In this document: positions 1-8,536 of the stretch, piece by piece
Layout: each line of letters starts with the position of its first letter
Position numbering within the stretch: the first letter of the stretch is position 1
From: an uncultured Candidatus Saccharibacteria bacterium
Lineage (GTDB): Bacteria > Patescibacteriota > Minisyncoccia > Phycocordibacterales > JACOZG01
Assembly (NCBI GenBank): GCA_964651115.1
Contig: CAZYXJ010000002.1
Coordinates: 48,338 to 112,337 of the forward strand
Length of the DNA stretch: 64,000 nucleotides
Reading direction: 5' to 3'
Made by a program: the position numbers and the translations under genes
Notes under the pieces: model-generated
The model's input: the letters and a program-made list of their open reading frames with translations, nothing else
Told to the model about the DNA's origin: nothing
The model's database searches: none

Positions 1-41
1 TAGCTAGAACTAATTAGAGTCGGGGTGGTACAATAGAGCTC

Positions 42-992
42 ATGATCGAGCAGATTTTGGGTTTTACCGAACAGTTGCGTTGGCAACCAGTGATCGCCAA
101 CGGCGAGAGCTTGGCCCAAACCAATAAGTTTATTGTGGCGGGGATGGGCGGGTCGCATTTGGCCGCTGATTTGTTGCGGACTTATCGACCCGAGTTAGAT
201 CTATTAGTCCACCGAGATTATGGCCTGCCGCGAGTGCCGGCTTATTTTTTGCGAGAAAGTTTAATTGTGGTTTGTTCTCATTCGGGCGAGACGGCGGAGG
301 CGCTTGATGTTTTGCGGCAGAGTTTGGCCGCCGGCCTTAAAGTGGCCGTTTTGACGGCCGGCGGCCAGTTGCTACGTTTGGCGCAGGAGCAGGGACTCCC
401 TTACGTGCTCTATCCTGGCGAGGCGCTGGCGCCCCGCCAGGCACTTGGTTTTACTTTGGTGGGCTTGGCGGCGCTTTTTCGCCAAGTCGAACTGGGGGCG
501 GCTTTGGCGGCCACCGCGGGGGAGCTCAATCCGGCAAGTTTGCGGGAGCCGGCGGCGTTGATCGCGGATCGACTAGCTGGCCGGTTGCCCTTAATTTATA
601 GCGCCACTCAGCAGTGGTCTTTGGGCTATATTTGGAAGATTAAGCTAAACGAGACGGCCAAACTCCCGGCCTTTGCTAACGTCTTTCCGGAGCTTAATCA
701 TAATGAGCTTGAGGGTTTTGATCGGGCCGAAGCTTTGCGATATTACGCTCTGGTTTTGCTAAGTGACCCGGACTCAGATCCGCGGATCAAAGAGCGTCAA
801 GCGATCACCACCGACATCTATCGTTCGCGCGGTGCCGAGGTGGTCGAGGTGCCCTTGACTGGTAGAGGGTGGGCCAAGTTGTTAGCTAGTGTGTTGCTGG
901 CCGATTGGGTGAGTTGGCACTTAGCCGATCGAGCGGGCTTGGATCCGGTGAGCGTGCCACTGATTACCGAGTTCAAAAAACGTTTAACCTAA
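42..992 (+). CDS. SIS-domain bifunctional phosphoglucose/phosphomannose isomerase-like protein
   Basis: The translation has SIS-type motifs (GMGGSHLAADLL and CSHSGET). The ~316 aa length is typical of archaeal-type PGI/PMI. Confidence 0.55.
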   Translation: MIEQILGFTEQLRWQPVIANGESLAQTNKFIVAGMGGSHLAADLLRTYRPELDLLVHRDYGLPRVPAYFLRESLIVVCSHSGETAEALDVLRQSLAAGLKVAVLTAGGQLLRLAQEQGLPYVLYPGEALAPRQALGFTLVGLAALFRQVELGAALAATAGELNPASLREPAALIADRLAGRLPLIYSATQQWSLGYIWKIKLNETAKLPAFANVFPELNHNELEGFDRAEALRYYALVLLSDPDSDPRIKERQAITTDIYRSRGAEVVEVPLTGRGWAKLLASVLLADWVSWHLADRAGLDPVSVPLITEFKKRLT

Positions 993-997
993 TCCCA

Positions 998-1762
998 ATG
1001 TATCTTTTATTTGATATTGGCGGTTCTAAGATGCGCTTAGCCCTTTCGGCTGACGGCCAAACTTATCGTGATCCCGTTTTGGTATCGACACCTTCGGATG
1101 CCGCTAGTTTGCTGGAAGTTTTTCGCGGCTTGGCTGACTCGTTGGTGGCGGGCCAGAAGCTGGCGGGCGTGGCCGGAGGGATTACTCGTAAGCGCCTCGA
1201 GAGTGTGCCCGACCTACAGTCTCTGTTTGATTGCCCGGTGGCGATCGAAAACGACACGGCCTTGGTGGGCTTGGGTGAGGCGGTGGCAGGCGCTGGCCAG
1301 CCAGAGGGCATTATGGCTTACGTGACGGTGAGTACTGGGGTTGGCGCGGTCCGGTTAGTCGACGGTCGGATCGATCGCTCGGCGCGAGGCTTTGAACCCG
1401 GCCACCAGATTATTGATTGGGAAAATAATCGCTCACTCGAGTCGCTGGTCTCGGGCAATGCCGTTTCGGCCGAACGCGGAGTGGAACCTCAGTTGGTGAC
1501 GGACGTTGATTATTGGCGTGCTAAGGCCAAAATTTTGGCCATCGGTTTACATAATTTGATTTTACATTGGTCGCCAGAGCTGGTGGTGCTCGGTGGCAGT
1601 ATGTTTAAGACACCTGGTTTGGATTTGGAGGAGGTGAGGGCGGCGCTGGGGGAGATTCCTAGTATTTTGGGCGAGCCACCAACTTTGCGTTTAGCTAAGC
1701 TCGGAGACTTTGGCGGTCTCGATGGCGCCTTAGCTTTAGCGCAAGAAAAATTCGGCGCTTAA
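998..1762 (+). CDS. ROK-family sugar kinase (glucokinase-like)
   Basis: An in-frame ATG at 998 gives the N-terminus MYLLFDIGGSKMRLAL, a ROK/BadF-type ATPase signature. The ORF-track start at 905 overlaps the upstream gene and is less likely. Confidence 0.55.
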   Translation: MYLLFDIGGSKMRLALSADGQTYRDPVLVSTPSDAASLLEVFRGLADSLVAGQKLAGVAGGITRKRLESVPDLQSLFDCPVAIENDTALVGLGEAVAGAGQPEGIMAYVTVSTGVGAVRLVDGRIDRSARGFEPGHQIIDWENNRSLESLVSGNAVSAERGVEPQLVTDVDYWRAKAKILAIGLHNLILHWSPELVVLGGSMFKTPGLDLEEVRAALGEIPSILGEPPTLRLAKLGDFGGLDGALALAQEKFGA

Positions 1763-1903
1763 AATCGGTTCCAATTGCACCCTTCGCTTGCGTCAGAGGA
1801 GCATTTATTTTCTAACCGTTATTTGATGCACTTATCCACTCGGTCGCCGAGGGCGAGTGGTTTACAATGACTCTGTTACTATTAATTAACTTCGACTTTC
1901 CCC

Positions 1904-4237
1904 ATGCCTAAAGTTGCCAAACGCTCACCTAAGATCGAAAAGAAGAAGCCCGTTTACGTGGTAAAAAAGGTGCGCAAGCGCGACGGCTCCGTAGTCTCGT
2001 TTGATGAGGGGCGGATTGCTTTGGCTGTGGGCAAGGCCATGAAGGCGACGGGCGAGGGTGGGGAGAAGGAGGCTTTGGCGGTGGCCGCCTCAGTGACGCG
2101 CGACCTCAATAAGGGTGCTCGGCAAGCCGAGGGCAAATTTGTCCCGACGGTTGAGGGGGTGCAAGACATTGTTGAGGCCCAGTTGATTCTCCATGGTTTT
2201 GTTAAGACGTCTAAGGCTTATATTTTGTATCGCCAGCGTCGGGCAGAAGTGCGCCAAGAGAAGGGCGAAGTGCCAAAGGAGGTTAAAGAATTGGCCGCGG
2301 AGAGCAAAAAATATTTCCGCAATCAGTTGTCGGAGTTCGTCTACTACACCACTTATTCCAAATGGATCCCCGACAAGAATCGTCGCGAGACTTGGGTGGA
2401 GACGATTGATCGTTACGTCGATTTTATGCGCGAGAATTTGGGCGACAAGTTGACGACTAAGGAATATGCCGAAGTTCGAGAGTATATGTTGTCGATGAAG
2501 GCGATGGGCTCAATGCGTTTGCTCTGGGGAGCGGGCAAGGCCGCTCGAGCGACCAACGTTTGTGCTTATAATTGTTCGTTTATCGCGCCCAGTCAGTGGC
2601 AAGATTTCGCGGAGATTATGTATGTGTTGATGTGCGGGACGGGCTGTGGTTACTCGGTTGAGAGTCAGACTGTCGAGATGTTACCGGTAATCCAAAAACA
2701 GCGCGGTGAAAAAGTTTTGCATCACAAAATTGCCGATAGCAAAGAGGGTTGGGCCGACGCCTTCTCTTTGGGTCTTCGGACCTGGGCCGAAGGTCGTGAC
2801 ATCATCTTTGATTATTCGTTAATTCGACCACAAGGGGCTCGCTTATCGACGATGGGTGGCCGCGCTTCTGGCCCCGCGCCCCTTCGTGCGCTTTTGGAGT
2901 TTAGTCGCGAACGGATGCTTAAGCGCCAAGGCCGTCGCCTGACTACCGTAGACGTTCATGACATTGTTTGTAAGACCGGGGAGGTGGTGGTGATGGGTGG
3001 CGTCCGGCGAAGCGCGTTAATCTCCCTCTCCGATTTAGATGATGAGTTAATGCGCACCGCCAAAAACGGTCAGTTCTGGATGACTAATCCTCAGCGGAGC
3101 ATGGCCAATAACTCAGCCGTTTATAATCAGAAGCCAACCTTGGATGTTTTCTTGGACGAATGGGTTAACTTAATGAAGGGTCAGTCTGGCGAGCGAGGCA
3201 TCTTTAATCGTGGCGGCTTAATTAATCAATTGCCGGCTCGACGCTGGCCAGTTTTTAAGCCCGATTCCGATACCTCGGGGACTAATCCTTGTGGTGAAAT
3301 CGTTCTCAAGTCTAAGCAGTTTTGTAACCTGTCCGAAGTTGTCGCGCGCGCCGACGACACTTACGAGACCCTGGCCGACAAGGTTCGGATCGCGACGATC
3401 TTGGGCACCTACCAGGCCACTTTGACTAATTTCCCCTATCTCTCTAAGGAGTGGAAGAAAAATTGCGATGAGGAGGCACTCTTAGGTGTGTCGATTACTG
3501 GTCAGTTCGATAGCCGAGTCGTACGCAATCCCAACACCCTACGCAAGCTCAAGGAGGTGGCGATCGAGACTAATCGTAAGTACGCCACTCGCTTTGGCAT
3601 TAACCAGTCAACTTGTATTACGACGGTTAAACCATCGGGTAACGGTTCGCAACTCTTCGATTCTTCTTCGGGAATGCATCCGCGTCATGCCCCCTTCTAC
3701 ATCCGGCGGGTTCGCATCGAGAGCCACAATCCACTCTTTATGATGTTGCGCGACATGGGTGTACCTCATCATCCGGAAGTTGGTCAGACTGCCGAGTCAG
3801 CCACCACTTATGTGCTCGAGTTTCCGATCAAGGCGCCCCGCGGTTCGATTTTTAAGAACGATTTGTCGGCCATTCAGCAGCTTGAGCACTGGCGAATGCT
3901 GAAAGAGAATTATACCGAGCACAATCCTTCCACGACGGTGTCGATTGGCGAGGAGGAATGGTTGCAAGTGGCAAACTGGGTCTACGAAAATTGGGACATC
4001 GTTGGTGGGCTATCCTTTTTACCTCGCAGTGATCACGTTTATCGTCTAGCGCCTTACGAGGAGGTTACCGAAGAACGCTACAACGAGATGGTTAAAAATT
4101 TCCCCAACATTGATTTCTCCAAAATTGTGCTTTATGAGTACGACGATCAGACGAAGGGTGCTAAGGAGCTGGCCTGTGTCTCGGGTACGTGCGAAGTAGA
4201 TATTCCTAGCCCGAGTGAGGAGGTCAACAAGAAGTAA
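1904..4237 (+). CDS. nrdJ: Class II (adenosylcobalamin-dependent) ribonucleotide reductase with N-terminal ATP-cone
   Basis: The N-terminus carries an ATP-cone (VVKKVRKRDGSVVSFDEGRI...). The catalytic region has the NPCGEI motif and the 777 aa length is typical of monomeric class II RNR. Confidence 0.85.
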   Translation: MPKVAKRSPKIEKKKPVYVVKKVRKRDGSVVSFDEGRIALAVGKAMKATGEGGEKEALAVAASVTRDLNKGARQAEGKFVPTVEGVQDIVEAQLILHGFVKTSKAYILYRQRRAEVRQEKGEVPKEVKELAAESKKYFRNQLSEFVYYTTYSKWIPDKNRRETWVETIDRYVDFMRENLGDKLTTKEYAEVREYMLSMKAMGSMRLLWGAGKAARATNVCAYNCSFIAPSQWQDFAEIMYVLMCGTGCGYSVESQTVEMLPVIQKQRGEKVLHHKIADSKEGWADAFSLGLRTWAEGRDIIFDYSLIRPQGARLSTMGGRASGPAPLRALLEFSRERMLKRQGRRLTTVDVHDIVCKTGEVVVMGGVRRSALISLSDLDDELMRTAKNGQFWMTNPQRSMANNSAVYNQKPTLDVFLDEWVNLMKGQSGERGIFNRGGLINQLPARRWPVFKPDSDTSGTNPCGEIVLKSKQFCNLSEVVARADDTYETLADKVRIATILGTYQATLTNFPYLSKEWKKNCDEEALLGVSITGQFDSRVVRNPNTLRKLKEVAIETNRKYATRFGINQSTCITTVKPSGNGSQLFDSSSGMHPRHAPFYIRRVRIESHNPLFMMLRDMGVPHHPEVGQTAESATTYVLEFPIKAPRGSIFKNDLSAIQQLEHWRMLKENYTEHNPSTTVSIGEEEWLQVANWVYENWDIVGGLSFLPRSDHVYRLAPYEEVTEERYNEMVKNFPNIDFSKIVLYEYDDQTKGAKELACVSGTCEVDIPSPSEEVNKK

Positions 4238-4238
4238 C

Positions 4239-4266
4239 TTGCCTTATTGTTTGGTTATTGTATAAT
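4239..4266 (+). promoter_or_regulatory. Sigma70-like promoter (TTGCCT-N16-TATAAT) upstream of the RNase P RNA
   Basis: A -35-like TTGCCT at 4239-4244 and a perfect TATAAT at 4261-4266 sit ~7 nt before the predicted 5' end of the RNA. Confidence 0.45.
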
Positions 4267-4272
4267 GCTAGT

Positions 4273-4580
4273 GTGCGGTGTTGAGTAATCGCTCTCACTC
4301 TCGGCTTAGCCGGTAGTGGGGGAGGAAAGTCCGAACACTCAGCTGTCTTTTGGCAACAAGGGTAGTGGTTAACGGCCACCGGGAGCAATCCTCGAGGTGC
4401 GAACAGAGACGAGTCTTCTGTCTTCGGGCAGAAGGGTGAAACGGCTAAATCCTTACCTGAGTGCAAGGCCGGACTCTCAAGTCCTCACGGATTTAGAGAG
4501 GGTGCCGCTTGATCCGTACGGTAACGTACTGGACAGATAAATGATTACCTAAAACAGAATTCGGCTTACGGACACCGCAC
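4273..4580 (+). ncRNA. rnpB: RNase P RNA (bacterial type, reduced size ~308 nt)
   Basis: Conserved P4 elements are present: GGAGGAAAGTCCG near the 5' end and ACAGAATTCGGCTTAC near the 3' end. A GGGTGAAACGGC motif is also present. Helix P1 pairs 5' GTGCGGTGT with 3' ACACCGCAC. No ORF covers this interval. Confidence 0.7.
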
Positions 4581-4592
4581 GTTTGCATCAGA

Positions 4593-4624
4593 CGCCCCGC
4601 CTATTTCGGCGGGGCGTTTGCTCG
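4593..4624 (+). terminator. Rho-independent terminator after rnpB
   Basis: The hairpin CGCCCCGCC-tatttc-GGCGGGGCG is followed by TTTGCTCGTTTG. Confidence 0.6.
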
Positions 4625-4655
4625 TTTGCCCATTTTCTCTTATGATTACAACATT

Positions 4656-6842
4656 ATGGATTCATCCTTGGTGCGTTCGCGCCCCGGCCTCTCGTTTAAT
4701 ACTCTGGCGCCTTTGATTTTGTCGGCGTTAGTGTTGGTTGTCCCGCTCTTAATTATCCCGGGTTGGCGGGGTGATTTGGAGGCCTGGCGTCGCCTGGTCG
4801 TGGTGGGGTTAGTTTTGTTGTCTGGCGGCGCTTGGACGATTGCTCGATTTCAGCGTGGTCGTTTAAGTTTGCCGTGGCATCCTTTGCTGGCGGCAACCGT
4901 GGCTTTGGCCCTGGCTCAAGCTTTGGCGGCGGCGTCAGTCGGTCCTTGGTTGTATGCGTTATGGGGCGGAGCTTTAGGTCCGGGATCAATTTTAAGTTGG
5001 CTCGGCTTCGCGCTTTCGGTTGCGCTTGGAGCTTACTATTTTAGTACGGCCGAGCGCATCCGTCAGTTAGTCGGCTTGGCCAGTTGGGGATTTGGGGCCG
5101 TGCTCGTGGCCGACACTTTAGCGCCGCTTACGGGCTTTCCCTTTATTGCAACCTTCGATGACCGCTTGCTGGTGCTGGGGTGGTTTATTTTTCTTAGTTG
5201 GTGGCTGATCACGAGAGCGACCACGAGGCGAGCTCGCTTCTTTGCTTGGCTGTTGTTTAGTTTGTCCTTGCTTTGGTGGCTTCTGACGGCTCGAGCGGTG
5301 TGGTTCCCCCTCATTTTAACTTTGGTGGGTTTGGGTTGGTGGTTGGCCCCTTGGATTATCGGCCAGCGAGCCAGGCGAGAAATGCGGCAACCTTTTGGTG
5401 TTTTAAGTGGATTGATGGTGGCCGCTTACGCTTTTTACTACGCTTTGCCTTTTGTGTTTGGTCGATTAGTTGGTTTCGTCGCGTCTCTCGGCTTGCCGGT
5501 TACTGGTCCCTTGCCCTGGTTGTGGTCGGGGAGAGTAATTGATGCCGCTTGGCGTCTTAAGCCGCTTACTGGCGTTGGCCTTTCGGCCGTACCGTCTCTG
5601 GTGGCGAGCCAGGGCGTAGGGACGATTGGTTGGTGGGCGGCTTGGTTGGCCGCTGGTGGGCTGGTGGTGGCCGCCGCTGCCTTGGCCTTGATTTTCTTTT
5701 GGTTGAGAACTTGGTGGCAGAGTCGCGTGCGGCCCAGTGACTCGGCGGGCGAAGCTGGTGAAGTGGCCTGGTTATTGGGGGCGTTGGTGGCTTGGAGTTG
5801 GTGTTCTTTGTTGGTGATTGCTCCCGGACTGCCATTTTTGATCTTGATCGCTCTCTTGACTGGAGCGTGGATCGGCTTATTAACCGCCGAACGGCGCCTT
5901 AACGTTAAAACTTGGGCCTTGGTTGATTCCTCGGGTCGCTTCCATCGAGCGTTTGGTGGTTTGGTATTGTTGGGCATTGTTTTGCTGGCGACCTTGGTGA
6001 TTAGTTTGCGAGTGGGCAGTGGTTTAGTTTTGGTAGAACGAGGTTTGCGTCTGGCTCCCATTAAAGAATCTCAAGCCGTGACCATGGTTACTAATGGTTT
6101 GCGTTTGGCGCCGAGCGATGAGCTGGCGAGATTGCTGGTGGATTGGCGTTTGCGCGAACTGGCTACGATGTCGTCGGCCACGACCACGACGGAGGAATTA
6201 AAGTTCCGCTTTAAGACCACGGCCGAGGCGGCCGTCGCCGCCGCGCGTCAGGCGCTCGTTTGGGCGCCTGACGCGCCAGCCAATTGGCTGGCGGCCGCTC
6301 GAGTTTCTGATGCTCTTGATTATTACGGCGTTGGCGGTGCCAAAGCGGAGGCCGAGGGGGCTTATGGTCAAGCGATTCGTTTGGCACCATACGATCTTAG
6401 TCCGGTGTTGTCGTGGGCTACGATGTTGGTGCGTCACCAAGAATCAGCGTCGGCCTTTAAATTATTGGAAGAATTTTTGGATCGCGTGCCCACCTCGGCG
6501 GCCGGTTTAGCCGCCTTGACGGAGTTGGCGGAGCGCCAAAATAATTTAAAGGTCGTTCTGGAGCGTTACGACCAGGCTCTCTCTCAGTCACCCCAAAATC
6601 CGGAATTGTGGTTCCAACGAGGATACGTCCATTATCGGCGCGGTGAATATTCTTTGGCCGTGACGGATCTGAGTCGGGCGTTAGAACTTTCACCTGGTTA
6701 CGCTAATGCTCTTTATTTCCGAGGATTGGGTTACCGCGCGCTCGGCAATCGGGCGGCCGCTTTGGCCGACTGGCAGTTAGTCAATCAGCTTAATCCTGGT
6801 TCGGCCGAGATCGAGGCCGCGTTAAAATCGCTCGACTCTTAA
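4656..6842 (+). CDS. Polytopic membrane protein with C-terminal TPR repeats (possible O-antigen ligase/polymerase-like)
   Basis: There are many hydrophobic helices rich in W, L and G. The C-terminal ~150 aa show TPR-like repeats (ELWFQRGYVHYRRGEYSLAVTDLSRALELSP, ALYFRGLGYRALGNRAAALADWQ). The ORF-track start at 4626 is a TTG lying inside the rnpB terminator T-tract, so the ATG at 4656 is preferred. Confidence 0.5.
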   Translation: MDSSLVRSRPGLSFNTLAPLILSALVLVVPLLIIPGWRGDLEAWRRLVVVGLVLLSGGAWTIARFQRGRLSLPWHPLLAATVALALAQALAAASVGPWLYALWGGALGPGSILSWLGFALSVALGAYYFSTAERIRQLVGLASWGFGAVLVADTLAPLTGFPFIATFDDRLLVLGWFIFLSWWLITRATTRRARFFAWLLFSLSLLWWLLTARAVWFPLILTLVGLGWWLAPWIIGQRARREMRQPFGVLSGLMVAAYAFYYALPFVFGRLVGFVASLGLPVTGPLPWLWSGRVIDAAWRLKPLTGVGLSAVPSLVASQGVGTIGWWAAWLAAGGLVVAAAALALIFFWLRTWWQSRVRPSDSAGEAGEVAWLLGALVAWSWCSLLVIAPGLPFLILIALLTGAWIGLLTAERRLNVKTWALVDSSGRFHRAFGGLVLLGIVLLATLVISLRVGSGLVLVERGLRLAPIKESQAVTMVTNGLRLAPSDELARLLVDWRLRELATMSSATTTTEELKFRFKTTAEAAVAAARQALVWAPDAPANWLAAARVSDALDYYGVGGAKAEAEGAYGQAIRLAPYDLSPVLSWATMLVRHQESASAFKLLEEFLDRVPTSAAGLAALTELAERQNNLKVVLERYDQALSQSPQNPELWFQRGYVHYRRGEYSLAVTDLSRALELSPGYANALYFRGLGYRALGNRAAALADWQLVNQLNPGSAEIEAALKSLDS

Positions 6843-6845
6843 TTT

Positions 6846-8525
6846 ATGGTGGCTCGCGTCTGGCGTTGGTTTACTCGAGAGTTTTCTAATCTGCACGAAG
6901 CGGCGTTGCTCTTGGGAGTGGCCGCCTTCTCCTCTCAACTTTTGGCGCTGATCCGCGATCGCTTATTGGCCGCCAACTTTGGCGCCAGTGGACAGTTGGA
7001 CGTTTACTACACGGCTTTCCGTTTGCCCGATTTGGTCTATGCCACGATTGCCTCTTTTGTCTCGGTGACTGTTTTGATTCCCTACGTCGTGACGGCTTTG
7101 ACGGAGGGTGATCGTGAGCGCGCGCGACGACTGCTTTCTAGTGTTCTGACGGCCTTTATGGCGGTGATGGTGGTGGCGATGGCGACGGTGTGGTTTTTGT
7201 TACCGTGGTTAGCGCCACGAATCGCTCCCGGCTTTGATCAAGAACAGTTGGCCTTGTTGGTGACTTATTCGCGGATCTTATTGTTTTCGCCCCTCTTTTT
7301 GGGTTTGTCTAACGTGTTGGGGGCGGTGACTCAGTCGGTGAGGCAGTTTTTTGTTTATGCCGCCAGTCCTCTTTTATACAATCTAGGGATTATTATTGGC
7401 GTGGTTTGGCTTTATCCACGCGTGGGACCGACGGGTTTGGTTTGGGGAGTGGTAATCGGGGCTTTTCTCCACGTGGCGATTCAGATCCCGGTGGTGTGGC
7501 GCGCCGGTGTCGCGCCACGTCTCGTTTGGCGTTTGAGTTGGTCGGAACTAGTAACGATTATTCGGACGTCGCTACCCCGCACTCTGGCTTTGGGGGCGCA
7601 TCAATTTACGTTGTTGATTTTGGTGGCCTTGGCTTCGGCGATTGGCGCGGGGGCCGTGTCGGTGTTTAATTTCGCGCTAAATTTGCAGTCGGTGCCGCTC
7701 TCGATTATTGGCGTGAGTTATTCGGTCGCCGCCTTCCCAACTTTGGCGCGTCTGTTTTCTAGTGGTCAGCGGGAGGAATTTTTGAGTCACGTAACGGGCG
7801 CTTTGCGCCACGTGTTATTTTGGTCTTTGCCGGCGACGGTGATGTTTATTGTTTTGCGGGCTCAGATTGTGCGAGTGATTTTGGGCAGTGGATCTTTCGA
7901 TTGGACGGCGACGCGTCTGACGGCCGCCGCGCTGGCCCTCTTCGTCCTGTCGGTTGCCGGACAGAATTTGATCCAATTATTTATGAGGGGCTATTACGCC
8001 TGCGGTCGGACGCGGCGGCCATTTGTGCTCAATGTGGTGGGGCTCTTGGTGTCGGTGGCGGCCGCGCCAGTGTTGGTCTGGTGCTTCCGTACGGCTCCCG
8101 GCTTTCGGGCGGTGGTCGAGAGAATTTTGCGGGTTGATGCCGTCGAGACCACGGCTATTTTGATGTTGCCACTGGCCTTTAGTTTGGGCGTGGCGGTTAA
8201 CGTTAGTTTGTACTGGTATTTTTTCCAAAAAGATTTTGGGCGTTTTTCGCGAGTGGTGGATCGAGCCTTAGGGCAGTCGGCGCTCGGCTCGTTGGTGGCC
8301 GGAGTGGTGACTTACCAGGTGTTGGGTTGGCTGGCGCCGCTGGTTAATCAAAATACTTTTTCGGGGATTTTTGTTCAGGGGGTGGCGGCCGGATTGGCTG
8401 GATTGGTCACCCTCATTATTATCTTGCGAGGCTTTAATAACCGAGAAATTAATGAGATCGAAACTTCGTTACGGCATAAGTTTTGGCGGGCCAAGCCCAT
8501 TGCCCCCGACCCCGAAGGGTTGTAG
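6846..8525 (+). CDS. murJ: Lipid II flippase MurJ (MviN)
   Basis: The N-terminal motif LIRDRLLAANFGASGQLDVYYTAFRLPDL matches MurJ. The protein is ~559 aa with 14-TM-like hydrophobicity. Confidence 0.8.
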   Translation: MVARVWRWFTREFSNLHEAALLLGVAAFSSQLLALIRDRLLAANFGASGQLDVYYTAFRLPDLVYATIASFVSVTVLIPYVVTALTEGDRERARRLLSSVLTAFMAVMVVAMATVWFLLPWLAPRIAPGFDQEQLALLVTYSRILLFSPLFLGLSNVLGAVTQSVRQFFVYAASPLLYNLGIIIGVVWLYPRVGPTGLVWGVVIGAFLHVAIQIPVVWRAGVAPRLVWRLSWSELVTIIRTSLPRTLALGAHQFTLLILVALASAIGAGAVSVFNFALNLQSVPLSIIGVSYSVAAFPTLARLFSSGQREEFLSHVTGALRHVLFWSLPATVMFIVLRAQIVRVILGSGSFDWTATRLTAAALALFVLSVAGQNLIQLFMRGYYACGRTRRPFVLNVVGLLVSVAAAPVLVWCFRTAPGFRAVVERILRVDAVETTAILMLPLAFSLGVAVNVSLYWYFFQKDFGRFSRVVDRALGQSALGSLVAGVVTYQVLGWLAPLVNQNTFSGIFVQGVAAGLAGLVTLIIILRGFNNREINEIETSLRHKFWRAKPIAPDPEGL

Positions 8526-8536
8526 AATGCGCTTCT

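Noticed and set aside
4626-4655. The TTG start given by the ORF track for the TPR membrane protein.
   Set aside because: It lies within the T-tract of the rnpB terminator. An in-frame ATG 30 nt downstream is more plausible.
5438-6061. A 207-aa minus-strand ORF, plus several 60-90 aa ORFs, inside the TPR membrane protein gene (4656-6842).
   Set aside because: They are antisense to a gene with clear hydrophobic-helix periodicity. Their translations are Pro/Arg/Lys-rich and low-complexity, typical of GC-rich antisense frames.
8483-8536. The upstream start of the lepA ORF (MAGQAHCPRPRRVVECAS...).
   Set aside because: It overlaps the murJ 3' end. The conserved LepA N-terminus begins at the ATG at 8537.
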